Shown here: piece after piece, positions 11,896-24,184 of the stretch
Position numbering within the stretch: the first letter of the stretch is position 1
Layout of the letters: every line of letters begins with the position of its first letter
Source: Callorhinchus milii
Lineage: Eukaryota
Assembly (NCBI RefSeq): GCF_018977255.1
Contig: NW_024704742.1
Coordinates: 121,832,001-121,896,000 of the forward strand
Length of the DNA: 64,000 bases
Direction of reading: 5' to 3'
The notes under the pieces: generated by a model
What the model saw: the letters and a program-made list of their open reading frames with translations, nothing else
Database searches by the model: none
Told to the model about the DNA's origin: nothing
Made by a program: the position numbers and the translations under genes

Positions 11896-13449
11896 CCCAA
11901 CTAATCACTAAACTTTGGAAAGTGCGTGGATTTCGGGTGAGGGCAATATCATGCTTAGTTGCACTGCCTCCAGTGATTATATATCTTGCTGCCACCAATG
12001 TAAATGTGAATAATTCCCATTTTGTGACCAACCAGAAAGTATCTGGCATCCATGGAATCAATAACAAAATCATTGGTGCTTTCAATGTGGGAAAATGTTT
12101 TTGTTAAAAAAATTGCAATAACAATATTGTGAAACATTGAAGGAAGATGAAAACATTGAAAATCTTTATAAAATGTACTTATTACAACAGTAACATGATC
12201 CAATAATCGCAAGCCAGTCCATGAAGTTTTTTTTATTGTTCTGAAGACGTCATGACATGAATATATCCAGTAGACTTCCTGTAATTGACATGTCTTCCTG
12301 TTTCTGAATCCTACTGCCATTTCAAGTGATTTTCTACAAGAGAGAGCATATATTATTGAAGAAATATTTCCACAGTGATGCATCACTTTTAATGTTGTAC
12401 AGAAGTTTGACTTCTATCCTCTGAAAGCTGTGGCCATGATGAACCTTTTATCTTAAGAGGTTATGACAAATTTGTTTGAGATACTTATTTATTGTTGGAT
12501 ATTGTTGTGTGCAAATGGGTTGCCGCATTCACCTACAAATAGTTGCTATACTGCAGTGTAAAATCCTCTGAAGCCCTTTGAGAAAATCTTGTCAATGGTA
12601 TAAGGTGCTATATCAAATTACAGGATTATCATTACATTCTTAGTAAGTTGCTAGAGCAATAATAAAAGTAATAACAGTGATACGATTCTTTAAGAAAATG
12701 GGTTCTGCACTTAAGCAGTGTAACCTAACACCATAAAAACGACAGAAATGAAAAATGTAATGTCCACAGGCATTGTCCAATTTGTTTTTGTATAGATTGC
12801 ATTGAAATCACTTAATCTCGTGAGAGAGGCAATTAACTATGGATAAGCATCCACAAAGACAAAAGTCTGAAATTTCCCCCAGTTCCTCGGGTAATCTAGC
12901 AAAATTCCAGAATACCTATCTAATCTTACAACTCCATTTAATTCTAAACAGTGCTGTTCCACAGACCCAAAGCTACCAACTACAGATGAGCCTTTGTATT
13001 CCCAGAACATTTGATCTGATCATCAGTATTATCATTGTAACCTTTCAATATTCCTCCTGAACACTGATTGCTCCAGGTTTTGCTCAAAGAAGGTAAGAGT
13101 TTTGTAACTTGTTACTACTTAATTGTGGGGACTGTTTTTTAATAAAGTTTGGTAAATTTGCTGATAATTATGGCTTGCAATCTATTATCCTTGCTGTTCC
13201 TCATTGCAAAAATGCTGAATTACGTTATCTCTCAATTATCTTTTCCCTTAACAAAAGCAAATTCAGCCTGTGAATTGCCTTTCAGAACTTTTAGATGTAA
13301 AGGAAGTTTAGCAGCAATTTCTTTACACAGAGGATGGGCAGTACATGTAACTCATTACCAGAAGCAGTATTTAATAGGAAGCTGATCTTTACATGAGGGA
13401 GAGTGAATAGAGAGATTTGAAGGGATGGATGATTTGGGAGTATAATAAT

Positions 13450-14038
13450 CTCCCGCACCAGGCTTCGGGACCACATCACTCCCACCCTCGCTCGCCTCCA
13501 CTGGCTCCCCATCCCCCAGAGGATTGATTTCAAGATCCTCATCCTCACCTACAAGGCCATTCACGGCCTTGCTCCCTCCTACCTCTCCAACCTACTATCC
13601 CCCTATCTACCTGCCCGTACCCTCCGTTCCTCTGGCTCCAGTCTGCTCCACGTCCCCCGCCCCAACCGCCCTACCATCGGTTGTCGGGCCTTCAGCCTCT
13701 CAGCCCCGAGGCTCTGGAACTCTATCCCCCAGTGCCTTCGCCTTGCTTCCTCCCTTTCCTCCTTCAAGGCCGGTCTCAAAACCTTTCTCTTTGACCGTGC
13801 CTTCAGCTCCCCTCTCGACTCTCTTCCCCCTCCTCGCTCCCTCCCTTCCCTCCCCTCACCCTGACCATTTCCCCCCTCCTTGCTCCCTCCCTTCCCTCCC
13901 CTCACCCTGACCATTTCCCCCCTCCCCTCACCCTGACCATTTCCCCCCTGCTCGGGTCATGACCCAACTGTGCAGCGCCTTGGGACGTCCTCCTGACGTG
14001 AAAGGCGCTTTATAAATGGAATCTTGTTGTTGTTGTTG
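13450..14038 (+). mobile_element. Young L2 LINE 3' fragment
   Basis: LHWLPIPQRIDFKILILTYKAIHGLAPSYL reading; 3' UTR with 3 copies of CCTCACCCTGACCATTTCCCCCC; (TTG)n tail. Confidence 0.9.
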
Positions 14039-14369
14039 CCTCAATTTATAATCAAATGCTTATGACTCATGCATTTTGGCCCATTTCAGTGCATGTCTGA
14101 AATTTATTGCGTTCGCCTACAAAGTTGCAATCACTCCACTTTACAGTATACCCTGTGTAGTGCTTTGAGATATCTTCCTGACATGAAAGGCACCATTTAT
14201 TGTAAGGATTACTGGTGAAAGCAGACTAAATGTTCGTACCCAGTCATTTTTTGTGGGATATTGGTATTAGCTGAAATAGAGTAACAGGTCACTCTATTAT
14301 AATTATTTGAAGGTTGTGTGATCTAAATAATTTCTGAAGTATCCCAGTAACTTGTAATCCATCCTTTAT

Positions 14370-14625
14370 AAGAGACATTAAACCAAGGTCCCGTCTGCCT
14401 GTTCAGGTAGCCGTTAAAGGTCCCATGGCACTATTCAAAAAGAAAAGGGAGTTCCTCTTGGAGTTCTGGGCAACAATTATCTAGATAAAATTGGTCATTC
14501 ATTTCATAGCTGTTTGTAGGACATTGATGTGTGGCAATTGACTGCAACATTTGCCTACAAAATACACAATCACTCTGAGATGTCATCCTGATGTGAAAGG
14601 TATCAAATTCAAGAATTATTATTTA
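14370..14625 (+). mobile_element. Older Deu SINE fragment
   Basis: ATTAAACCAAGGTCCCGTCTGCCTGTTCAGGT..CCCATGGCACTATTC. Confidence 0.7.
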
Positions 14626-16379
14626 TTTGTATTATAATAGCCATATGTATCTGAGACATTTTTTTCCGGTTGAACTGTGGAAAGAAGCTGTGTCTAACTT
14701 GTCTGGTTTTCATGTCGCTTCAATGCTTATTTATCTCAACTGCTTGGTGGTTTATGCATTCAATCCATCTGGCGATGGATGAAACAATATCCCTGGTGGT
14801 TTGTATGTGCATTCCCTATGGTTTGGGTAAACCTGTTCAGCTGAGCAGTTGACAATCCTATCTATCTGCTAAGGCTACCCGTCCAAAGTATCTATTTTCC
14901 TGGTAACAGAGAACCTTGTCATTAAACAACTATTTTCCTCCCCACACCACTTCAGGAGGCAAATTGGAAAGTAAACTTACATCACCATCATAATAATAAT
15001 TGCAATTAATATAGCACATTTCATATCAGAAGGACACCTTAAGGCACTTACTATAAAGTGCAGTGGCTGTGTATTTTTACATTGAACATAGCAGCCAATT
15101 TGTACTCAGCAGTGTTCCACAAACAGGTATGAAGTGAATGATCAATTTTTAATCTGGGGGATTGTTGACCAAGAATACTCAGTCATTACACTTCACAGTA
15201 AATCCTGTGAAATGCTTCGAGACGTTTTGATAATATAACATCCTATATCAAATGCAAGGGTTATGATTTTATTTGTGCAGATTGAGATTTGAAGCTGGTG
15301 AAACTGCACTGTAATGCTTTTAAATTAGAATTGAAGTATGAGTGACCTATTCCTAATAACTGATTGTCATCGTAAAGGAATCATAGTTGTTGGTTTAATG
15401 TTATCAGCAATCAAATAGCTAAAGCATCAATGGTATGTAAATAACTTACATCTGAAATTTATGAATAGTAAAACCAATTTCTGTAAGGCATTTGAAGAAG
15501 TGCTTAAATACTGCACACTTAGTCAATCATCAAGGATATGTGAGTAATAGCAAATTGATGTGATTCATAGAATCTATAAAAAAAATCATCATACAGTAAG
15601 TTTTGAAAACCTGAGAGCTGTGGTCAGTAATTATGAATCTGAGATCACAAGAAAAAGATATTGAAATAGGTGACATGATAGAGCAATATTTTGTACGCAG
15701 TGGACCTGTGTTATGGAATGGTAAGAAGTGCTTATGATGTACCCTATGACTTATTGCCAATCTTTGCTCTGCTACCCTGGGGTGAGGTGGTGGGTGGCTT
15801 TGGAAGCAGTAACTAATGGCTTCCCCACAAGAATAAATGAAAAGTTGCTGGTGAGTCACTGAAGGCTTTTTCACCATCAGCCTGGTAGCTGACACAATAA
15901 CACAGTTGGTAAAGGTCTGGATGTGGATTGCGTGTTTGCTTGCTCACAAAAATGTGTGTGGCTCACTAAGAGTTGAAGAATGAAAATAATTGTAAATAAA
16001 TGGGAATTACACATAAACAGCATGTTTCAAATGTCAAAGTTCACAGAGAAAGGCTATCAAATGTAAGGATTATTATTATTATTTGAGCCATTTTAAAATA
16101 TTTTAATGACTGGGATTTCAACAATATTTTGATGATAGCCATGAATTCAGGAGTTAGATATCTTCATCATTCTATTAAGAGACAGTACGATTGCTTAGAT
16201 TACCATATCAATTTATCTCGTGCAGATAAGTCAGTTTTTTTCAGTCTACGTACTAAGCATCTTTGCTTTCTGCAGGTGGTGAAAGATGATAGTTCAGTGT
16301 GGTTATATCGAGCAGTAAGTAAAATAAATGCATTCTAAATGAATTATACATAGAAATCTTGGATTCCTAGACCAATGCG

Positions 16380-17090
16380 AAGAAACGAAAACATGGAACG
16401 TGTATTCAATGGAAATATGCTTAAGGTATCAGACTTTGATGGACAGGTCACTAAAAACATTGATACATTTGTTTCACAAGTAGTTAAAAAGCGAGTAAAA
16501 TGCTGTATAATTAAGAGTTTAATGTGTGTATCAAGAAGGGATTTCAAAGTCGTATATGAACTGGTGAGACACACCTGGAATTAAGTGTGTACTTTTGGTG
16601 ACCCTATTTAAAAAAAGTATACCGTATTCAGTTATTGAGTAATGGTTACTGGATTAATTCCAGCATTTTAAGATTAGTGCTCTGTGAAATGGATCGCTAT
16701 CTCTGGCTCTTTCTCTCTTAAACATAGAAGACTGGAGGGACAGCTGACAGAGATAATAAACAATCTGAAGTCCAAAATTTTTTGAGATTGTTTCTTTCTC
16801 ATAGAAAGCTCAAGAACAATGGGTCATCACTTCAAACTAAGGCCTACAAAGCAACAGAAAATGCCAGAAAATATTTTTAGTAAAAGAAATGGTAAGCATG
16901 TGAAACAAACTGTCAGTTCAGATGGTTGGAAAATAAACCACAAAGGATTTCAAAAAGGAACTAGAAAATTCCTGTCAACTGAAAAGATTCAGTGTTATTC
17001 AGTTTCGAGTTAGATACATTGAAAGATTGTACTGGATTAGGAAATTGGATGGCTAAACTATATGGTCTAATCCTGCCTGATACTGTTACT
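16380..17090 (+). mobile_element. Highly degenerate CR1 3' fragment
   Basis: YELVRHTW(N)-like and downstream CR1-like motifs, collinear with CR1 at 38-39 kb. Confidence 0.5.
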
Positions 17091-17527
17091 ATGTTTTATT
17101 ACATAGTAAATCAAAGGTTGAGAATAGTGGTTTTGGATAAATTAGTTTAGGTTTTATATTACTCTTTATTAAAAACATGTTTTGTCCTGTACAATTTGAC
17201 TTCTAAGAGGATTTGAAATTGATGGGTTGGAAGCCCTAGGAATGGAGGATAAGAAGTATTCGTAAACCAGTCTGTGGTTATCTAGTTTCCTTTACAATCT
17301 CCAGAGTTTGCAGATAAGCGCTCTGAGACACTAGCCCACGTGAAGGGCACTATATAAATGCAAGTTGTTGTTTGAAAGAAAATTTAGAAATCAGTAGTGT
17401 ATATCCTTTGTGTGATTCGGCAAGGGTTTGTGGAAGGAAAATCTCAACCTGGATGAAAGAAACATAAAAAAGGCAATATTAACAATCTTATGAGTTGATA
17501 AAATTGGACTCGTGAGCCTAGCTCAAC

Positions 17528-17845
17528 AACCTGGCTCAGTTGGTTGCACTCTTGCCTCTGATTAAGCAGATTGTGGGTTCAGGCCCCATGTTGGGACTTT
17601 GAACTCATCGAGTCTAGGGTGGCACTCCAAAACAGTGTTGGGGAAAGAGTGGTATTTTTGGAGATGACATCTATTGGATGAGATGTTATTGAGGTCCTGT
17701 CTGCTTGTTCAAGTTTTGGCCAACAAACCCCCCAAATAAACTTGGTCATTCATTGTTTTTCAAACAGAATTGTTTGCAAATTGACTGCTGTGTTCTCTGA
17801 CAATGTATCACGTGAAGGACATTGAGACATTCTTCTGATGTTAAT
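17528..17845 (+). mobile_element. Older tRNA-Deu SINE
   Basis: CCTGGCTCAGTTGGTTGCACTCTTGCCTCTG..GTGGGTTCAGGCCCC head. Confidence 0.7.
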
Positions 17846-18764
17846 TACATTTTATACCAGTTTGTCACCACTGTGATGCCTGCCCAACTGAATGGATATT
17901 TTGTTTATGTTATTACATTTAGATTGATTTACCTGGATTAAATAATACCTTGGTAAAACATTCAGAGATATTTGAAAAGGCTACTGCTAAATGTTTTCGT
18001 ATTGTGCAACAAACAAATACATATTTAAGTAGTAACTCGAAAATATTATTTCCATATCAGTAATAAATTACCTTATACTCCTATTGCTATGATATAGATT
18101 TTTTAATATGATTTGAATAATTGGAATCTTATTATCCTTTGTGTGCTTTATGGTTCTTTATAGCTTAGATTGGTAATTTATGCTTTTTTTGTAAGCATTA
18201 ATATTTTTAGCTCATTTTAGCTCAATGCATATTTTTCCTAGATAGTGTAGCCTTGATTACAGCTTCCCTCGTGTATCATATTACCAAAAACTCATTTGTC
18301 TTTCAAAAGTGATATCTGTCTTCAATAGCACAGAAAATACAATTGTCAACAACAATACAAAGCACAGCAAAATATGTATCATCAGGAGATATGGAAGTCA
18401 GTACAATTATACATAATACTAATTGAGATATTTCTGCAATAAGAGGATACAATTTTGTGTTAGTGGTTAAAAGTAATCTGAACTGCTAAAGCATTGTTAT
18501 TTCCACAGAAGAGTTAAATTTACAGTTTTTTTTTACATTGCTATTCAGGCTACACAGCAGATTAGCTGATATCAAGTAGGAAAGAGTTTTCCCACTTCCA
18601 ACCCTATGCAACCGGTTTTCAATCAACGGGCCTTATTATCGATTAACTGCTAGTACTGAAAGACAAACACATCCTAAACATAAAGCAACTCTGTAATATT
18701 TAAAACAAAAATATTGGATTGCAAAGAATAAATCATGTTTAATAATAATAATAATAATAATAAA

Positions 18765-20310
18765 GCATGAGGCGGAGAGCAGAATGTGAGATCAGGGGAG
18801 AGAGAACATGAATTGAGATCAGGGGAGAGAGAACATGAGGTGAGATCAGGGGAGAGAGAACTTGAGGTGAGATCAGGGGGAGAGAGAGCATGGGGTGAGA
18901 GGGAGAGAGAGCATGGGGTGAGAGGGAGAGAGAGCATGGGGTGAGAGGAGAGAGAGCATGGGGTGAGAGGGAGAGAGAGCATGGGGTGAGAGGGGGAGAG
19001 AGAGCATGAGGTGAGAGGGAGAGAGAGCATGGGGTGAGAGGGGGAGAGAGAGCATGGGGTGAGAGGGAGAGAGAGCATGGGGTGAGAGGGGGAGAGAGAG
19101 CATGAGGTGAGAGGGAGAGAGAGCATGGGGTGAGAGGGGGAGAGAGAGCATGAGGTGAGAAGGAGAGAGAGCATGGGGTGAGAGGGGGAGAGAGAACATG
19201 GGGTGAGATCAGGGGAGAGAGAACATGGGGTGAGAGGGGGAGAGAGAACATGGGGTGAGAGGGGGAGAGAGAACATGGGGTGAGAGGCGGAGAGAGAACA
19301 TGAGGTGAGATCAGGGGAGAGAGAGCGTGAGGTGAGAAGGAGAGAGAGCGTGAGGTGAGAGGGGGAGAGAGAACATGGGGTGAGATCAGGGAGAGAGAAC
19401 ATGGGGTGAGATCAGGGGAGAGAGAACATGGGGTGAGATCAGGGGAGAGAGAACATGGGGTGAGATCAGGGGAGAGAGAGCATGAGGTGAGATCAGGGGG
19501 AGAGAGAGCGTGAGGTGAGAGGGGGAGAGAGAACATGGGGTGAGATCAGGGGAGAGAGAACATGGGGTGAGATCAGGGGAGAGAGAGCATGAGGTGAGAG
19601 GGGGAGAGAGAACATGGGGTGAGATCAGGGGAGAGAGAACTTGAGGTGAGATCAGGGGGAGAGAGAGCGTGAGGTGAGAGGGGGAGAGAGAACATGGGGT
19701 GAGATCAGGGGAGAGAGAACTTGAGGTGAGATCAGGGGGAGAGAGAGCATGAGGTGAGAGGGGGAGAGAGAACATGAGGTGAGATCAGGGGGAGAGAGAG
19801 CGTGAGGTGAGAAGGAGAGAGAGCATGAGGTGAGAGGGGGAGAGAGAACATGGGGTGAGATCAGGAGAGAGAGAGCATGAGGTGGGATCAGAGAGAGAGA
19901 GTATGAGGTAAGATCAGGGGAGAGAGAACATGGGGTGAGATGAGGGGAGAGAGAGCATGAGGTGAGATGAGGGGAGAGAGAGCATGAGGTGAGATGAGGG
20001 GAGAGAGAGCATGAGGTGAGATGAGGGGAGAGAGAGCATGAGGTGAGATGAGGGGAGAGAACATGGGGTGAGATGAGGGGAGAGAGAGCGTGAGGTGGGA
20101 TCAGAGAGAGAGAGTATGAGGTAAGATCAGGGGAGAGAGAACATGGGGTGAGATGAGGGGAGAGAGAGCATGAGGTGAGATGAGGGGAGAGAACATGGGG
20201 TGAGATGAGGGGAGAGAGAGCGTGAGGTGGGATCAGAGAGAGAGAGTATGAGGTAAGATCAGGGGAGAGAGAACATGGGGTGAGATCAGGAGAGAGAGAG
20301 CATGAGGTAA
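18765..20310 (+). repeat. Purine-rich minisatellite, ~22-25 bp unit (GAGAGAGAACATGGGGTGAGATCAGGG variants)
   Basis: Tandem units directly visible; begins right after an (AAT)n run at ~18740-18763. Confidence 0.97.
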
Positions 20311-20329
20311 GGGGGTGGGGGGGGGGGGG

Positions 20330-20995
20330 GGATAGGATGAGGTGATGGGGGAGAGAGCAATTAGGTGAAAGCAGGGGATAGAGCTGAGGGAAGACAAACA
20401 GAGAAGAGTGGGTGGGAAAACCTTCTGATAAAGGGGGGGGACACGAAGGAAGGGGCGGAGAGGAGGCGAGTCCAACTCTACATGTAACTGCAGGTGTTCG
20501 GTTCCTGGTCCAAACTGCATCCACACTCGCTGGAGGTCCAGGAACAGGAGGTGTTTAAGTTTCCATCCCTCTCACTTGCTGTTGTTTTCAGCCCCCAAAA
20601 AAACGGGGGCGATAAAAAAAAAAGAAAAGAAGAGAAAACTACTTTGACTGAGACTATATATATAGTTCTTCTTTTCATTTCCATCTCTATCTGCATTGGT
20701 ATATAAAAAAAACAGATACAGTACAAAGAAAAATCAACAGCAGTGCAGGAGATTGAAAGAACAACAAAAAGAAAGTGGACAAACAACCCCCCCACCCACC
20801 CCAACCCCACCCCCCCAAAAAAAAAAATTGCACAACAATTCCAATCGAAAAGTCAATTTTGATTCTATTGGAAAAAAAAGCAGAAGGGGAACAACTCTGG
20901 GTGTAAATTGAGAGCCAAAGCTGTGAGAGTGGTGCGATTGGAGAAGATTGGACAACTTTCAGCACCACAGCTCCTGTCTGTCTGCTGCTCTTGTG
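20330..20995 (+). promoter_or_regulatory. Candidate promoter / 5' UTR of the PDE4 isoform
   Basis: Unique sequence between two tandem arrays upstream of the ATG; GC box GGGGCGGAG at ~20452; no TE insertions; TSS not determinable. Confidence 0.4.
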
Positions 20996-21655
20996 AGGGT
21001 CTGTGTCTCTCTCTCTCTCTCTCTCTACCTCTGTCTCTGTGTTTGTCTCTCTTGTGTGTGTGTGTGTGTGTGTGTCTCTCTCTATCTGTGTGTGTGTGTG
21101 TCTCTCTCTCTTTCTGTGTGTCTGTCTGTCTGTGTGTGTCTCTCTCTTTCTCTGTGTGTGTCTCTCTCTTTCTGTGTGTCTGTGTGTCTGTGTGTCTGTC
21201 TGTGTGTCTCTCTCTCTATCTCTGTGTGTGTGTGTGTCTCTCTCTTTCTGTGTGTCTGTGTGTCTGTCTGTGTGTGTCTCTCTCTCTGTCACTGTGTCTC
21301 TGCGTGTGTCTCTCTTTCTCTCTGTGTGTGTGTGTGTCTTTCTGTCTGTCTGTCTGTCTGTGTGTGTGTCTCTGCGTCTGTTTGTCTTTCTTTGTGTGTC
21401 TCTCTCTGTCTGTCTATCTTTCTCTGTGTGTGTCTCTCTCTCTCTGTCTGTCTTTCGGTGTGTGTGTGTCTGTCTTTCTCTGTGTGTGTGTGTGTCTCTC
21501 TCTGTCTGACTCTCATTCTGTGTGTGTGTGTCTGTCTTTCTCTGTGTGTGTGTGTATCTCTTTCTGTCTATCTGTATGTGCATTTGCGTGTGGGTGTCTT
21601 TCTGTGTGTGTGTCCCTCACTCTGTGTCTGTGTCTGTGTGTGTGTGTGTGTGTGT
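20995..21655 (+). repeat. Compound (CT)n/(GT)n/(CTGT)n microsatellite
   Basis: Directly visible; ends ~90 nt before the ATG. Confidence 0.97.
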
Positions 21656-21742
21656 GGGGTGGGGTGGGGGGGGGACAAAAGATTGTAGTGCAAAGTAACT
21701 GCTGATCCCGCCTGAAAGTAAAGTGAAGCAGCACTGCGGGCG

Positions 21743-21975
21743 ATGATGGAGGCTGGAGGCAGTGGCTGCAGTTTGCTGACTGGCGCCGGTAAAGCTCCCA
21801 AACACTTGTGGAGACAACCCAGAGCTCACATCAAGGTGAAGCAGCGCGGCTTCTCGGACACAGACAAGTACCTGCTGCACCGCGCCATGCAGAGCTACGC
21901 CATGGACACGGGGGACAGACCCGGCCTCAAGAAGTCCAGGATGTCCTGGCCCTCCTCGTTCCAGGGCTTCAGACG
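21743..21975 (+). CDS. PDE4D: First coding exon of a long PDE4 isoform (PDE4D4-type N-terminus), cAMP-specific phosphodiesterase 4; partial gene
   Basis: Translation MMEAGGSG...[62 protein letters not shown] matches recalled human PDE4D4 motifs ([45 protein letters not shown]). In-frame TAA at 21719-21721 upstream; second ATG (21746) has strong Kozak context (A-3, G+4). Ends CG|GTAGGT, a phase-2 donor as expected before the shared FDVDNG exon. PDE4 family is secure; paralog D is likely but not proven. Confidence 0.85.
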
Positions 21976-21982
21976 GTAGGTC

Positions 21983-22797
21983 AGGACCGGACACACAGGA
22001 CACACAGGACAGGGCACACAGGACAGGGCACACAGGACAGGACACACAGGACACACAGGACAGGACACACAGGACAGGGCACACAGGACAGGACACACAG
22101 GACAGGACACACAGGACAGGGCACACAGGACAGGACACACAGGACAGGACACACAGGACACACAGGACAGGACACACAGGACAGGGCACACAGGACAGGA
22201 CACACAGGACAGGACACACAGGACAGGACACACAGGACAGGGCACACAGGACAGGACACACAGGACAGGACACACAGGACAGGACACACAGGACAGGGCA
22301 CACAGGACAGGGCACACAGGACAGGGCACACAGGACAGGACACACAGGACAGGACACACAGGACACACAGGACAGGACACACAGGACAGGGCACACAGGA
22401 CAGGACACACAGGACAGGACACACAGGACAGGGCACACAGGACAGGGCACACAGGACAGGGCACACAGGACAGGGCACACAGGACAGGACACACAGGACA
22501 GGACACACAGGACAGGACACACAGGACAGGACACACAGGACAGGACACACAGGACAGGACACACAGGACAGGACACACAGGACAGGACACACAGGACAGG
22601 ACAGGACACACAGGACAGGACACACAGGACAGGACACACAGGACAGGACACACAGGACAGGACACACAGGACACACAGGACAGGACACACAGGACAGGAC
22701 ACACAGGACAGGACACACAGGACAGGACACACAGGACAGGACAGGACACACAGGACAGGACAGGACACACAGGACAGGACACACAGGACAGGACAGG
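21983..22797 (+). repeat. Minisatellite, 14-bp unit GGACAGG(A/G)CACACA with 9- and 5-bp variants
   Basis: Directly visible; starts ~7 nt after the splice donor. Confidence 0.97.
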
Positions 22798-22912
22798 CGC
22801 CTCCACACACCTTGACATGTGCACTGATCGCCGTCGCGGCTGTTTGAGAGCCGCGAGTCGCTGTAACACGGTCCGCAAGTGGCTGCAGTCGGGGCGGGGC
22901 GCAGCTTGGGAT
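22798..22912. promoter_or_regulatory. Small CpG-rich patch with Sp1 GC box in the intron after the exon
   Basis: Many CpGs in a CpG-poor window; GGGGCGGGGC at 22891-22900; 8-bp inverted repeat TCGCGGCT/AGCCGCGA at 22834-22856. Confidence 0.4.
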
Positions 22913-23053
22913 GGAGAGGGAGAGGGAGGGAGGGGGAGAGAGGGGAGAGGGAAGGAGGGAGAGAGGGGAGGGAGGGGAGAGGGAGAGAGGGGAGAGGGAG
23001 GGAGGGGAAGAGGGAGAGGGAGGGGAGAGGGAGGGAGGGAGAGAGGGGGAGAG
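22913..23053 (+). repeat. G/A-only polypurine tract
   Basis: ~140 nt of GGGA/GAGA runs. Confidence 0.95.
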
Positions 23054-23144
23054 GTTGGAATCAGCCGCTAATACACAATGTGCTGTTGGTGACCCACCGA
23101 TCGCTGTGGTTGGAAAATGCAATGAATGAAACTTGGACTGGACG

Positions 23145-24184
23145 CTGTCCTCCCGTCCTCCTGCCCTGCCCTCCCCTGTCCTCCTGCCCTGCCTGCCCTG
23201 TCCTCCTGCCCTGCCCTCCCCTGCCCTCCTGCCCTGCCCTCTGCCCTGCCCTCCCCTGTCCTCCTGCCCTGCCCTCCCCTGTCCTCCTGCCCTGCCCTCC
23301 CCTGTCCTCCTGCCCTGCCTGCCCTGTCCTCCTGCCCTGCCCTCCCCTGTCCTCCTGCCCTGCCCTGCCCTCCTGCCCTCCTGCCCTCCCCTGCCTGCCT
23401 CTGCCTCCTGCCCTGCCCTGCCCTCCTGCCCTGCCCTCCCCTGTCCTCCTGCCCTGCCCTCCCCCTGTCCTCCTGCCCTGCCCTCCCTGTCCTCCTGCCC
23501 TGCCCTCCCTGTCCTCCTGCCCTGCCCTCCCTGTCCTCCTGCCCTGCCCTCCCCTGTCCTCCTGCCCTGCCCTGCCCTCCTGCCCTGCCCTCCTGCCCTG
23601 CCCTCCCCTGCCCTCCCCTCCTGCCCTGCCCTGTCCTCCTGCCCTGCCCTCCCCTGCCCTGCCCTCCTGCTTTGCCCTGTCCTCCTGCCCTCCCCTGCCC
23701 TGTCCTCCTCCCTGCCCTGCCCTCCTGCCCTCCCCTCCCCTCCCCTGCCCTGCCTGCCCTCCCTGCCCTGCCTGCCCTCCCTCCCCTGCCCTGCCTGCCC
23801 TCCCCTGCCCTGCCCTCCCTCCCCTGCCCTGCCCTGCCCTGCCCCTCCCTGCCCTGCCTGCCCTCCCCTCCCTGCCCCTGCCCTCCCTGCCCTGCCCTGC
23901 CTGCCCTCCCTGCCCTGCCCTGCCCTGCCTGCCCTGCCCTGCCCTGCCTGCCCTGCCCTCCCTTCCCTTCCCCTGCCCTCCCTGCCCTGCCCTGCCCTGC
24001 CCTCCCCTGCCCTGCCCTGCCCTGCCCTGCCTGCCCTGCCCTGCCTGCCCTGCCCTCCCCTGCCCTGCCTGCCCTCCCCTGCCCTGCCTGCCCTCCCCTG
24101 CCCTCCCCTGCCCTGCCCTGCCTGCCCTGCCCTGCCTGCCCTGCCCTGCCCTGCCCTGCCTGCCCTGCCCTGCCTGCCCTGCCC
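23145..24184 (+). repeat. (CCCTG)n-based satellite; (GGGCA)n on the minus strand
   Basis: Directly visible; CCTGTCCTCCTG variants at the 5' end, purer CCCTG at the 3' end. Confidence 0.97.

Noticed and set aside
16276..16314. 39-nt micro-exon candidate (TTTCTGCAG|...GCA|GTAAGT; VVKDDSSVWLYRA)
   Set aside because: Good splice signals but no recognised PDE4 homology, and it contains TGA in the phase-2 frame used by PDE4 5' exons; needs RNA-seq
18674..20526. Long Ser/Pro/Leu/His-rich ORFs (242-290 aa)
   Set aside because: Translations of a minisatellite that lacks stops in several frames; no protein family signal
20687..21734. Cys/Val/Leu/Ser-rich and Thr/His/Arg-rich ORFs
   Set aside because: Products of the CT/GT microsatellite, open in most frames
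21983..22797. CRISPR-like array
   Set aside because: Head-to-tail units with no unique spacers, in eukaryotic context
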